DNA from: Psammoneis japonica
Lineage: Eukaryota
Reading direction: 5' to 3'
NCBI GenBank assembly: GCA_008632985.1
Contig: QPGO01000010.1
Coordinates: 1-64,000, forward strand
DNA length: 64,000 nt
Part shown: positions 50,225-61,429 of the stretch, piece after piece
How positions within the stretch are numbered: position 1 is the first letter of the stretch
Layout: each line of letters begins with the position of its first letter
Made by a program: the position numbers and the translations under genes
The notes under the pieces: generated by a model
What the model was told of the DNA's origin: nothing
Database searches by the model: none
Seen by the model: only the letters and a program-made list of their open reading frames with translations

Positions 50225-52126
50225 TCAGAAACCCAAAGACAAGGCTTGGCTTTCCAGTTTCGCCAGCACTTTACTCCACAACGCAAGGGGCGCGCTCAGG
50301 TTTTCGTCGCATCCCAACAGATACCGACCAGCACGGTTGAGTTCCGCGTAGATTTCAAAAAAGCCGATGGGGAGATCAGAGCTAGGCGTGAAATACAATT
50401 CCTGTAACGTGTAGCTCCATTCTACAAATTCCCGAATCTTTGATGAATCTAAGCGTATGCAGCCCACAACGTCGAGCTTCTCAAACCGTGTCAACTCGTG
50501 AAGCTGTCGAGGAAATCTCGCTAGCTTTGTGCTGTAAGACATATTCAGGGTAGTCAATGATGGTAGCTGCCCAACTTCATCCGGTAACGTGGATAGCCTG
50601 GTCATGCAACTGACGTTCAAATGCTGTAGATTTACTAGTCTTCCAATCTCCACGGGTATCGTCTTGATCCTTAGGCAGTAGTAAAGGGTGAGCTTCGTCA
50701 AATTGATCAGATTTCCAATCTCTGGCGGCAGAGCAGATATCCGGACACAATGAGACAGATCCAATTCTGTAACCAAATGAAAGTTTCCAATTTCAGGCGG
50801 GATGGACCGAATACTGGAACAATTCATCAGCCTAATGTGATTCCTTGCGGAAGACAACCCGCACGTCGGCAATTCCTCCAATTTGCTGCAGCCAGTAAGG
50901 ATAACGTGCGACGAAGAACGCTGTTGTAGCATATTTGTGATCCCTTTTGGTAGACGCACGATTCCACTACATTCAAAGAGGACGACTTCTGTTAGATTCG
51001 GAAGCATGCCAATCTCGTCGGGAAGGCGCGACAACCGATGACACCCTGACAAATCAATTTGTTTGAGACTGCGCAGCTGCGCAATTTCGGCCGGCAAATC
51101 TGTCCGAAGAATCAGGGAAAGTTTCAGATACTTCAACGAAGGGAATAGGTGAAAGTTTCTTGGGATACGATCACTTAGCAGGATTTCCAGTTGCAGCAAT
51201 CCCAGGTTAGAAATCTCTTCCGGGAACTCGTCCAAATGGTTGCAACCTTTGAGCACGAGCATTTTCAGGTTCCTTGCATGTTTGATCTCCGGTGGTATCC
51301 TTCGCAAAGCCATCGCTCCCCCGTCCATAATCTTGAGATATTGTAGATTCTTGAGTCGAAGGATTTCGACGGGAACGGAGTCGAAAGAGCAATTGAGAAT
51401 AACATCCTGGAGCTTGTCTAGTCGCTGAAACTCAGGAGGGAGCACAGCCCGGTATTTATCAAAACAGATATCTTCAAGATTTTTCAAGTATCCAATCTCA
51501 GCCGGAAGGCTCCCCGATGACGAGACAAGCTTCAAGTGCTTGAGACTTCGGAGCAGTCCAACGTTGCGAGGAACCAAATGCATGCCACAGAGAAACAGAC
51601 GCTCGAGCGAATGCCAATGGCTGACCACCTCTACCGGGAACTCAACTAAATTTGAGCATTGTAAAAGGCTCAGACTTCGAAGATTGCGTAGTTGTTTCAC
51701 TTCTTCCGGTAGATGTCTCAAATTCGGGCTATGGTGAATCGTGAGCTTTTTCACGTTGGTAAGCAATCCGATGTTCTTAGGAATTTCAATAACCTGCCCT
51801 AACGACAATCGCTCCAGATTCCTAAGAAATCCAATGTCTTCTGGAAAAGCCCCCAGTCTCGCACAGCCAGTAATCACCAGCTCCGCTAGCTCGGGAAACC
51901 GGGTAACCTCGCGAGGAAGCTGTGTCCAAGGGTGAAGTAAGTATCGCTCTACACCAGCTGACAAGCACAGTGTCACCACGCGACCGTCCTCGGATAATTT
52001 TATTTTGTCTCCATAAGGTCTATCTCCGAATCCATTCAAGCCTACGAGCAAATCTAAAACCTCCCTGTCTTCGGGGTGTATCATGCTTATTACCATAAGA
52101 TGCTTGTTGCGCTGCCATTGTGTCAA
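50225..52126 (-). CDS. LRR protein with plant-NLR-like repeats (LxxLxLxxCxxLxxLPxEIG), 633 aa
   Basis: About 20 LRRs and no NB-ARC/NACHT domain. Diatom-type tail ELNRAGRYLL...PLALWSKVLAK; the extreme C-terminus may be frameshifted. Confidence 0.88.
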   Translation of the reverse strand: MTQWQRNKHLMVISMIHPEDREVLDLLVGLNGFGDRPYGDKIKLSEDGRVVTLCLSAGVERYLLHPWTQLPREVTRFPELAELVITGCARLGAFPEDIGFLRNLERLSLGQVIEIPKNIGLLTNVKKLTIHHSPNLRHLPEEVKQLRNLRSLSLLQCSNLVEFPVEVVSHWHSLERLFLCGMHLVPRNVGLLRSLKHLKLVSSSGSLPAEIGYLKNLEDICFDKYRAVLPPEFQRLDKLQDVILNCSFDSVPVEILRLKNLQYLKIMDGGAMALRRIPPEIKHARNLKMLVLKGCNHLDEFPEEISNLGLLQLEILLSDRIPRNFHLFPSLKYLKLSLILRTDLPAEIAQLRSLKQIDLSGCHRLSRLPDEIGMLPNLTEVVLFECSGIVRLPKGITNMLQQRSSSHVILTGCSKLEELPTCGLSSARNHIRLMNCSSIRSIPPEIGNFHLVTELDLSHCVRISALPPEIGNLINLTKLTLYYCLRIKTIPVEIGRLVNLQHLNVSCMTRLSTLPDEVGQLPSLTTLNMSYSTKLARFPRQLHELTRFEKLDVVGCIRLDSSKIREFVEWSYTLQELYFTPSSDLPIGFFEIYAELNRAGRYLLGCDENLSAPLALWSKVLAKLESQALSLGF

Positions 52127-53109
52127 GTGCGACGGTATGCTGTGATGATGTCGCGTGGCGTACTTTCCAAAAGTGCGGTGCGCAGTACTCGTCTACATAC
52201 GGACAAATAGTACTAGACTCTACGCACCGAACACAACAAGATTTCACTTCATTACGACAACAGCACGGGAAGTCTATCATGTCGGGTATATCGACGTTAT
52301 TGCGCTTCTTGCGTATAAAAAATACATCAATCCACTAATATTACGCATGCGAATTGGATGGGATACAGGATCTTGCAAATCTGGTGAAAAAATCGTCCCC
52401 CGTGCTTCACCGTGTTAAAAACCCCGTGCTAATCCTCCATAATGAATGAAATCCAACTTTTCGTCAAAATCTGTTGTCGCGTGCTCACTTCAGTGCTTCA
52501 TCAATGCGATCGACCGAGAAAACACAAAATACACCCCAAAAAAGTGAAAAACAACAGTCCCACCGCGGCCAAAACCTCTACGTGATTTCAGTACCAAGTT
52601 GTACGTGCCAAAAACCCTTCGTCACCAATGGCTCAACCAGCTCCCAAAACAACTCGATCATTGTCATTTGACATTGATATCTCATTTCTTATCATATCAG
52701 TTGTTGTCTCGGTGCATCATAACCTCCCAGTCCGCTGTCGTTGTTGTGTGCGTCCATTGCCGATGTCGCGGCGTCGTTGCCGTGATGTTTGTGTGTGAAG
52801 TGAATTCAAATAAACATCTCTACGAATTTTGTAGTACATTTTTACGTACGTATATTTTGTGTAGATCAGGTATGCGCACCGAATTTTTGAAAGTACGCCA
52901 CTCCATTGGGCCGGTAGTTCGTTTGGTCGGTATGTAAAGTAGCTTTCTACGTAGTCTACGTAAGTTGAAGTGAAACGTCATCATGCGCGCCTGCCAACCA
53001 CTCAAATTTTCAAATATTCTCCGCACAAATTCGTGCTCTCTCTAACACCTCACCCGGTGCCTCCTGTCATCACGAGAAAGTGAGGGACCTGGATCCTTTT
53101 GTAAAGTGA

Positions 53110-56100
53110 GTTCAGAGACACCCTCCTCGACAACATGCTGAAAAAGATCCAGGAAAACTTTGAGGAAGATCTCATTTCCGCGGAAAAAGGGCGTGTGCTC
53201 TCGTTTCTTCGAGACATTTCACAAAACTTGCGATGCAGCGCATGCTCTGGTCTGACATGGTCAGCACCAACCCTGGCAGTCTAAGCACCTTCATTTGGAC
53301 TTCAAGACGAAGCATGGAAATCCAGTTCTTGGCCACCATGCATGCAAATGCATCAAATGACTCCCCTCAATTGCCTGCACCACACGCTGAATCCACCCAC
53401 CCCACTTTGTTGCTGGTGTGGGAAAAACAAAGCAAACAATGTGGTGCTCTTTTCTTTGGCTGAAACAAGGTGACTGGTCCATGGCCATGTGCACCCAAAC
53501 CATTGGAACAAAATGGCCCCCTTGTGCTTGTTCTCTTTCATGTGCGGTGGGCCACAAATGCCACCGGGAATTGCTGCACCTCACTTTGTGATCAAGACCT
53601 CCACACATTTTTGCCCGAGGGCCTTGGCCTCAGGAGGATCAAAGTCTTGCTCTTTGTTGCAGGTGGAGCTGCACCTTGTTTTGCACCTCACTGTCTTGTC
53701 AATGCATCAAGCATCTGCTTTGCTCCTCTCTCTCGCACATGTGCATTGTGCACTGTGGCAGCTCATCAAAGCCGTTGACATGAACCCTGCCAAGCTTGTC
53801 TGCTTCAGGTCAAAACCACACAAGGCTCAACAGAGCTTGCTCCCAATGTTGCTTCTGTGACCACATGGGAGTTGACCACACATGTTGCTGTCAAAGAAGT
53901 GCTCTGTGCAGCGCTGTGTTGGGCTGGAAAAACTTTGTTCTCCCCAGCACACACCAACAAAACTTTCAATCTGCACCCAGGGAAAAGAAGAAGAAAAGGA
54001 GCCAACAACAAATGATGGCCCCTGTTGAACTTGTCTGCTTCTGGTCAAAACCACACAAGGCATGACAGAACTTGGTCCCATGTTGCTTCTGTGACCATGT
54101 GGGAGTTGACCACACACATTGCTGTCAAAGCATGCTGTGCAGCACTGTTTTGTGCTGGAAGAACTTTGTTGTCCCCAGCACGCACAAACAAAACTTTTCA
54201 ATCTGCACCCAGGAAAAAGAAGAAAAGGAACCAACAACAAATGTGCAATTGTGGCTCACATCTTGATCTCAGCACCTTGCCCTGGCATCAACTTTTTTCT
54301 GCTCTTTCTTTGCATCTGCACCAAAGTTTGCTGCACTTGTGGAGCCACATCTGCTGAATTGAGAAATGCTTTGGACCCAGCTTCTGGCTTCCTCTGATGA
54401 GAGGAGCTGTGTTTTTTTATCAACTGTTTTGATTGAGTTCAGGTGTGAAAGCCATTGTTGAAACATGTGCAGAGCATCTCCTGTGAGCACTGATCTGTTT
54501 TTTTTGTCTCTTTCTCCATTGTTGAATCATGAGCAGCAGCTGCTGTTGTCAATGTCTCATCAAAACATTGACCAAACAATGCCATTGGTGCTTTGACATG
54601 ACAAAAACTTGGCACGCTTCCTCTTTGGCTTGACTGCTGCTGCTGCTGACAGGCATTTCTGTGTTTGTCTTTCTGCCCACTTTGCCTCTGCTTCCACTGC
54701 AGTGATGTTGTGCTGTGCCAGCACTGCTTCAGCATCATTGCCACAACCTTCTCATTGGTCTGCTTCCAATGTGTTCATCAAAAAGAGCACACAACGGCAG
54801 CACTGCAAGAACCCAAGCCGCCCACATGATGCAGCCCCAACTTGTTTGAGCAAGTGGAAAAGATGATGAGCTGGCCTTTTGAGAACAATGTGGTGCACAC
54901 ATTCATCAACAACACAACTGCCCCCTCATTCTTGTGCTGCTGTTGGCAACTGCACTGCATTGCTGAACATGCAATGTCAACCAACTTTCAACAACCACAT
55001 TTGTGCACTTTGTCCACCACAGCTGTTTTTGACATTTGCCACACATTTTGTTTGGCTTCACCTTTTCCATGGAAAATCTCCTTCCAGCACATCATGGGTT
55101 TGTTTTCTCAGCTGCAAACCTGTGCAAACCAACAGCCAAGTGTTTGCATTGTCTCCTCTGTTTTTTTTCACTGTCTTGCATTTGGTGTGCACTGCTGGCA
55201 GTGTCTCTGCTGACATGCTGAGAGGAACGAATCATGCATTGAGAAGCTGCAAAAGCACTGAGGGACGGCGGGTGTGTGGTGGTGTGCACTCCAGTGCCAG
55301 GGTCATGTGGGCAATGTGCTGCAACAAAAGTGATTGACAAAAGCCACAAAAACAAAATGATGCAAGAACTTGTGCTGCTGTGGCATTGCACCAGGTTCTC
55401 TTGCTCTGTTCTTGTTCAAAGCAAAATTGGTTGTCTTGAGGAAAATCAAGAGGCTTTCCATTGCCACCCCATGTGCCACAAATTTGCCATGGCACACAAC
55501 TCTAAAGAGTCCGCTGTCATTGCCATCAGCTGCAGTTTTCATGGCAGCACATCCATTGGCACTTCATGACCATTCAAGAAGAACATGGGGAAGCTTGAGT
55601 TTGAGCTTGCATGCAAGGATGCTGCCAATGATGACAGCTGCATGAGGGGTTTGATTGGCAACTTTTGCAACTTTGTGGCATGCTCCTCTCCACACCTTGT
55701 GTGGCACCTTGCTTTGCCTGCATTGTCTGGCTCTAGTTCATTTTGACACTGGACATGACAGCCAGTCTTCAGATGTCATGAACTTTGTGCTGGCTTCATC
55801 TCTTTTGCCAATCTCAGAGGCACTTTGCCTTGCAAAAAACAACAACAACAGGGCCTTGAAAAACTCAGGGACATTGTCTCAACATTGGGTGGCTCATTGC
55901 ATTGAGGACAAAGTTGCAACTGCACCCTTTTGGGAATTGCCATTCATGGCCACCTGTGAGATGTGCAAGCTCACAGATGTGATTGCAATGGAACCAGATG
56001 CAGTTTTCTCTGTGTTGGGCATGTTTTTAATCAGCCAAGCCTGCAACAACAACTGACACACATGAAAGTGGTGTTGTCATTTTGACCACAAGAGAGTGTG

Positions 56101-56650
56101 CCATGAATGCTGCCAATGGTGCTGCACTTGTCCAATCCTGAGTTGAAGCAAGCAACTCATTTTGAGTGCTTTGGTGCCTCTTTTTGTCTCTGTGACACAA
56201 CTGAAAATGCCAACTGGCAATTGCAAGTCATTGCCACACCAAATGGATTGATCTTGCAGCCAACTGCACTCTGCCTGCACTCTGCCAGAGTGGAGGCAGG
56301 CACAGCTTTAAATCTGGCTTCCATGGGCAAAGCATCATTCAAGCAGCTTGCTCACAAAGCATGCAAAGCAAGTTGTTGCTGCACCTTGGAGGACAGTGAG
56401 CAACAATTGCAAAATGATTGAGTGGACAATGAGAGCAAAGAATGCACAAATGTGGGACAATTCTTGTGGCTTGGAGAGCCATCCTTGTGTTTCAATGTGG
56501 GTTTCCTTGCTTCAGACTCGAACAAGTTGAGCATCACTTGAGGTCTCTAAAATCCCATGGCAGGGATTGCAGCCACCATGCAAGTCGATGCGTTGGGCTC
56601 CAAATTTCTGCTGGTGACTGTCATGGGAGGAACATGCTTTGGGGCAGCAC
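53110..56650. other. TpA-depleted hypermutated block 6 (unidentified decayed element)
   Basis: TA is near absent (survivors include CTAA, CTAG, TTAA, TTTAT). Normal composition returns at ~56657. Confidence 0.9.
53783..54245. repeat. Tandem duplication, ~236-bp unit x2
   Basis: CTTGTCTGCTTCWGGTCAAAACCACACAAGGC...GGGAGTTGACCACACA...AAAACTTT-CAATCTGCACCCAGG...CAACAACAAATG occurs twice. Confidence 0.9.
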
Positions 56651-57689
56651 AAGTGTCTACCAGTAACCTTCACAGCCGCCGGTTGTGCCCACGCATTTCA
56701 TCTTTATTGGACTCTATGCGAGAGACCCATGCCGGTGCAATTCATTCTCTCGAGAAACCCGAACGACGTAGTGAATGATGCTCGACAGCGGAGCTGTCTT
56801 TTGCAGCGAAATAGAACATGTCAAAACGGATCGGTAATCGCCTAAAGCCGATCATGCGCAGGTATAGAGATGAAGGTTCAAGGCGATGTGCACACATCAT
56901 AGACCAAGGTCAAAGAGTTGGAGTGCAGAGCTAGAAATGCAATCGCAACATGTGCTATCAGTCAACACCCGTAGTGGCCTAGGACGCCGTTGCCGTATGC
57001 ATTGAAAAGGAATTTCCTAGAAAGCTGACGTCTGGTTCATAACAGTGCTCCCCCTTTCTGCTTCAAGGAAGCATGTGTTCCCAGTTTATTGTAAAGCTGG
57101 TTTCATTGAACAGCGAACGCCAACAGGTCCGCTCATCAGCAGGCCAGCTTAGCCGATGCCGTGAGTACGAAGATGCTAAGTGTAGCTATGACAGCAACTA
57201 GGATTCGGCTTCGAAGTGTTTTCATTGTATGCTTACGAACACACCGATAAGATATAATGATGCAACAGCTTCCTGTTGGCCGCTTTTATTGGATGCCAAT
57301 AGCGCCCTTCGAACACAGGCTTCAAGGCCGTTCCACTTAGACCAACCAACAGCGACTGTCGAACACGTGCTTCAGAAACATTCTTAATGAAATGTAATTA
57401 GAAGCACCTTCTTGTCGTGAGGCATGTCGTATTTCGCGACGAGAGTAGCACGGCAGTTTGATCGTTGTCGCCCAACTACTCTCGCAATAACAGCCTCAAA
57501 TATCGCCACGCAAAGCCTTCGAGCGCACGAGCTTGTCTTTCTGAGCGGTAAGATCCATCTCTACTGCTGTTTCTTGGTTACTTTTGAAAACTTCCACCCT
57601 GACTGGATTGTTCTTTTTCTTTGCATTCAGAGAACGATTCTTGTGCAGTGAATATTCGAAACTGCTAGCCGAACAACTTGATTCAAGAA

Positions 57690-59370
57690 TCACCCAAAGA
57701 AGCGTCGTTTCACTTTGACCGGAAATCCCGATTTCATCGCCATGACAAGATTCCAACTATAGTCACCGCCGTGTCCCGCCTCATCGAGAAAGTCAAAACG
57801 GGGCAACAAGAAAGCTAGTGTCGTCTTGATTTCAATTAGTGCTAATGGCTTTCCTGGGCACAGACGCGGCCCAGCGTTAAAAGTTGGATATTGGAACGAA
57901 GAGGGCTCGGTTCTGTGCAAAAAACGCTCCGGCATAAATTCGTCAACAGTTTCACCCCAAATCCTTTCACTGAGGTTGATGCTGTAAGGTGAGTACATCA
58001 CACAGGATCCTGCTGGGATCCTTGTGCCATCGGGAAGTATATCGGACTCTCTGGCAAATTTGAAATCGTCTGGAACAGGCGGATGCAACCTCAATGCCTC
58101 CATCACAACCGCATGCGTGTATTCCAGCTTGTTGACCGTATCATACGATATACTCTCGTTCTCCTTTCCGCAGAAGCGCTGAACCTCCTCTCTAATCTTG
58201 TCGACAACAGCTGGGTGTCGCGTCAGCTCAAACAAAGTCCAACTCAGGCCCACAGCCGTCGAATCACGTCCAGCAAGAACGAAATTCATTACCATGTCTC
58301 GGAGGTCCTTGCTGGACGGAGGCGGTTCATTCAGTCGCTGGGACTGCAACAGACACTGATACAGCAAAGAAGGCCTGTTTATATTGCCCTTTTTCTCCTT
58401 CGTATCATTGTCCTTGCGGTCTTTCAACGCTCTCTGTATTATATCGTAGGCAAATCGATCGATAACTTTCGCCTTCTTCCGGATAAGTCGCTCTCGCTCA
58501 CCCCAGCACAGAGACTGCTTTAGTTCCCACAGTAAGTCGACGAATCGTTGCTTCCATTGCAAGAGCGATTTGCTATGTGAGACGAGATATCAGACCTATT
58601 TGAGAGGCTGTATGCTGTATGGGAAGTGTTACTTACATGGCACAAATACTGCAACTCATTAACGCCACCATGAAGCTGTCTTCGTTGCTCGCCCTCTCAA
58701 GCTCATTCTCTTGCAGACTGTTGAGCTCAACTCCAAAGGCCATCTCGACAAATACGTCCAAAATCATGCGATAGCAGATATCTTGAAAGTCAATCTCAAC
58801 GTTGTTGTCTGCAGCTCTGTTTAAGGCATTCTCAACCTGTTGAAGCTTCTTCAGCAACAAACCACTTCCGTACATCATCGTATCCTTAGTCATGACTGCC
58901 GTGATGATCTTGCGATGTTTTTTCCACACTGCGCCATCGGCAGTAAAAACACCAGTCCCCAACAGCTCGCTCAAACATTTGCGTGCCACTTTTCCTTTTT
59001 CATAGTTGTCAAAATTATCTCTCAGTATGTGTTGGAGGCAGTCGCTGCTCACAATGTTGAAGAAAGCACCTCCAAAGCCAATATTCAGAGAAGGCCCGCC
59101 CCATGTTCGGTACTGGTATTCTCGTGAAAGCATCAGCGACAATGTGGGCCAAGTGTCCCAACTGAACTCGCCGCCAGCAAACACTTTACTCTCGTGACCA
59201 AATGTCACGCCGAAGTACTTGTTTCGCTCTGGACCAGGTACACTTGCGTCCACATGTTTCGGCCTTACCCAGATGTAAAGTGTCACTACGAGAATCAGGA
59301 GCGTCAGTAGCAGATAGATGATACCCCAGGCGACATTGGGAAGAACGTAGAGCAGCAAAGGCATTGTCAT
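57690..59370 (-). CDS. Cytochrome P450 (CYP86/94/704-like clan), two exons
   Basis: I-helix NFVLAGRDST, ExxR (EALR), PERF, heme motif FNAGPRLCPG and an N-terminal TM anchor. Intron donor at ~58636; the acceptor is either ~58573 (in frame) or ~58554 with a 1-nt frameshift near 58660. Confidence 0.92.
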
Positions 59371-60159
59371 CGTGCACTACTGTATCGAGTCTAAGTTTCT
59401 GCACTGAGAATAAGGATGATTTTTATTGGTTTAGGCGGGAGAGCTTCCATGACTGCGCACGTCGTGCGTGCGTCGTGGGTGCGGTGCGTGCCGCGACGCA
59501 ACACAAAAAATATGCTCATGACGATGACGACCGCAATAGAGCGGGGAGCTGGTCGTCGGTTTTGTCGCCGGATTAACCAATAAAGCACGCATTTTAATTT
59601 TCTCTGATCACATCTGTGAAAAGTGAGGTACGATAAATGCAAGAATGGATGAAAAACGCCTTGGTATCACTCATCTCTTTCGTTGCAAATTTAGATTTTT
59701 CTTGAAAGATTGAAGAGCTCTCCTTTAACTCTGAGCAAGTCATGACATCTCTCACGCCATTGCTTTGTCTTGTTGCCCTTTTGGTCCAAGTCGAGTATAC
59801 ACCCGCCGTCGACGAGGGTGTGCAAGCGTCACCGGAGCGGCCCTTCAGGGCGGGCTTCTTGTTGGAGTTGCTGAGTGCGGCCGCACCACAAGTTCTGGAT
59901 TTGATGGAATTTACCAGGTATGGTGATAGGTTGGTTGTGGGTGCAGTTTATGTTGGTTGCTGATCCGCAATCTACAACCTTTGGAAAAGTCCGTGTAGAC
60001 TATATATGCGGCAGACGAGGTTGAAGGCCGCCCCCGTCTCTAAACACCCTTTCGAGACTGGATCCCAATTCTTTTATACTTGTTCCAATGTCTCTGCCGA
60101 CATTCATGGCACACTTTGACGCTCCCAAGTTTTATTCAAACCTCAAGGACAATACCCAC

Positions 60160-61030
60160 GGGCGCTGGTATTTACATTGGACTAGTGGGTATTTACATTC
60201 GACTAGTTTCAGCCATCGTGAGTTTGGGGTTCTTAACCTTTGGTGCCGCCGTTCGGGATCCATTGTCAACAATTATTCCAACGCCGATGCGCTCATTAGA
60301 GCGTGAGCTGTATTGCCGTCTTTGTTAGTTTGATCTTTTCGTGAGTACTGTGTATTGGGTCCGGTGTGGTATAGTGTCCTGTGTCTGAGCAACTCGCATC
60401 TCAACCCGTACTTTGCTACTGTTGTTTTGTTTGTCTCACTCTATTGTTCCAAAACACAGTCACACGCTCATTTTTCTCTGAGTCCGCGATGGTGTCATGG
60501 ACTTACTCAAAATCAAGGACCCGTCCAATAGCAAACTAAATGCCTTTACGGTTGGTCTACTGGGAGGTTTGACAATGCCATTGCAAGATGCAACAAGGTC
60601 ACGTTAACGAGCTTTAGTATTTCCATTGGACTCTTTGCCGCCATTGCGAGTTTGGGGTTTTAACCTTTGGCGCCACCAGTTTGGGATTGATCGATTCACT
60701 CTTCAAAACCATTCCAGCGCTGATGTGCTTATGAGCCTGAGTTGTATAGCCTGTTTTTGTTTGACCTTCCCGTAAGTAATATTCATTGGGCGGGGTGTGG
60801 TATCTACGTTCGAACAAGTCATACCTCAACCCATGCTTTTCTACTGCTCGTTTGTCTCGCTCTAGGTTTGATAGCACAATTATCCGATAGTTATCCTTTG
60901 AGTCCACGATGGTTTCATGGACTTGTTCAAGGTCCAAGACCGGTCCAATAGCATGCTCAATGCCTTTACTATTGTTGCACGGGGAGGTGTGACAGCCGTG
61001 TGGCATTCAAGGTGACGATTTGAGCTTTAA
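60160..61030 (-). repeat. Diverged tandem duplication (~430 bp) carrying a 130-codon ORF (60614-61006) and a degenerate copy
   Basis: GTATTTMCATTGGACT, GAGTTTGGGGTT..TAACCTTTGG, TGAGTCCRCGATGGT.TCATGGACTT and GTCCAATAGCA...AATGCCTTTAC each occur twice. Product unknown. Confidence 0.75.
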
Positions 61031-61429
61031 CTAGTTGGTCTGACACTGATGCGACGAATCACGGGACTCCCCTTTCATCATCTCTATTTTCACTTTGAAA
61101 TTCTCGTACGACTTGAGCGACGATCGACGTGGTGATGGGACGACTAGTTAGAAACCTATCAATTGGTGCGCGTGCATTCTGTGAATTTTTGTTTTTATAT
61201 GCTGAATTCTTCTTTGTAATCTAATGATTGTGGAGCTTGTCTTTCTCCGCTTTCTCCCCCCTCCCTGCGACTCCGTGGCAGATGACGTGAACTCTCGGAA
61301 CCAATGGGTTTTCGTGTCAGTACAGAACCTTTACCGCCAGTAACCCCACCGAAATGGTTCGGGCATAAGAGATGCCAACGCTTTTGAGTTCTCAGACATC
61401 TCCCGCAAATCCGGAGGGAGGAAAGAAAC

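Noticed and set aside
53230..56600. Possible MULE/SWIM transposase remnant
   Set aside because: Cys/His motifs are unreliable where mutation generates Cys and His codons, and no catalytic motif was recognisable.
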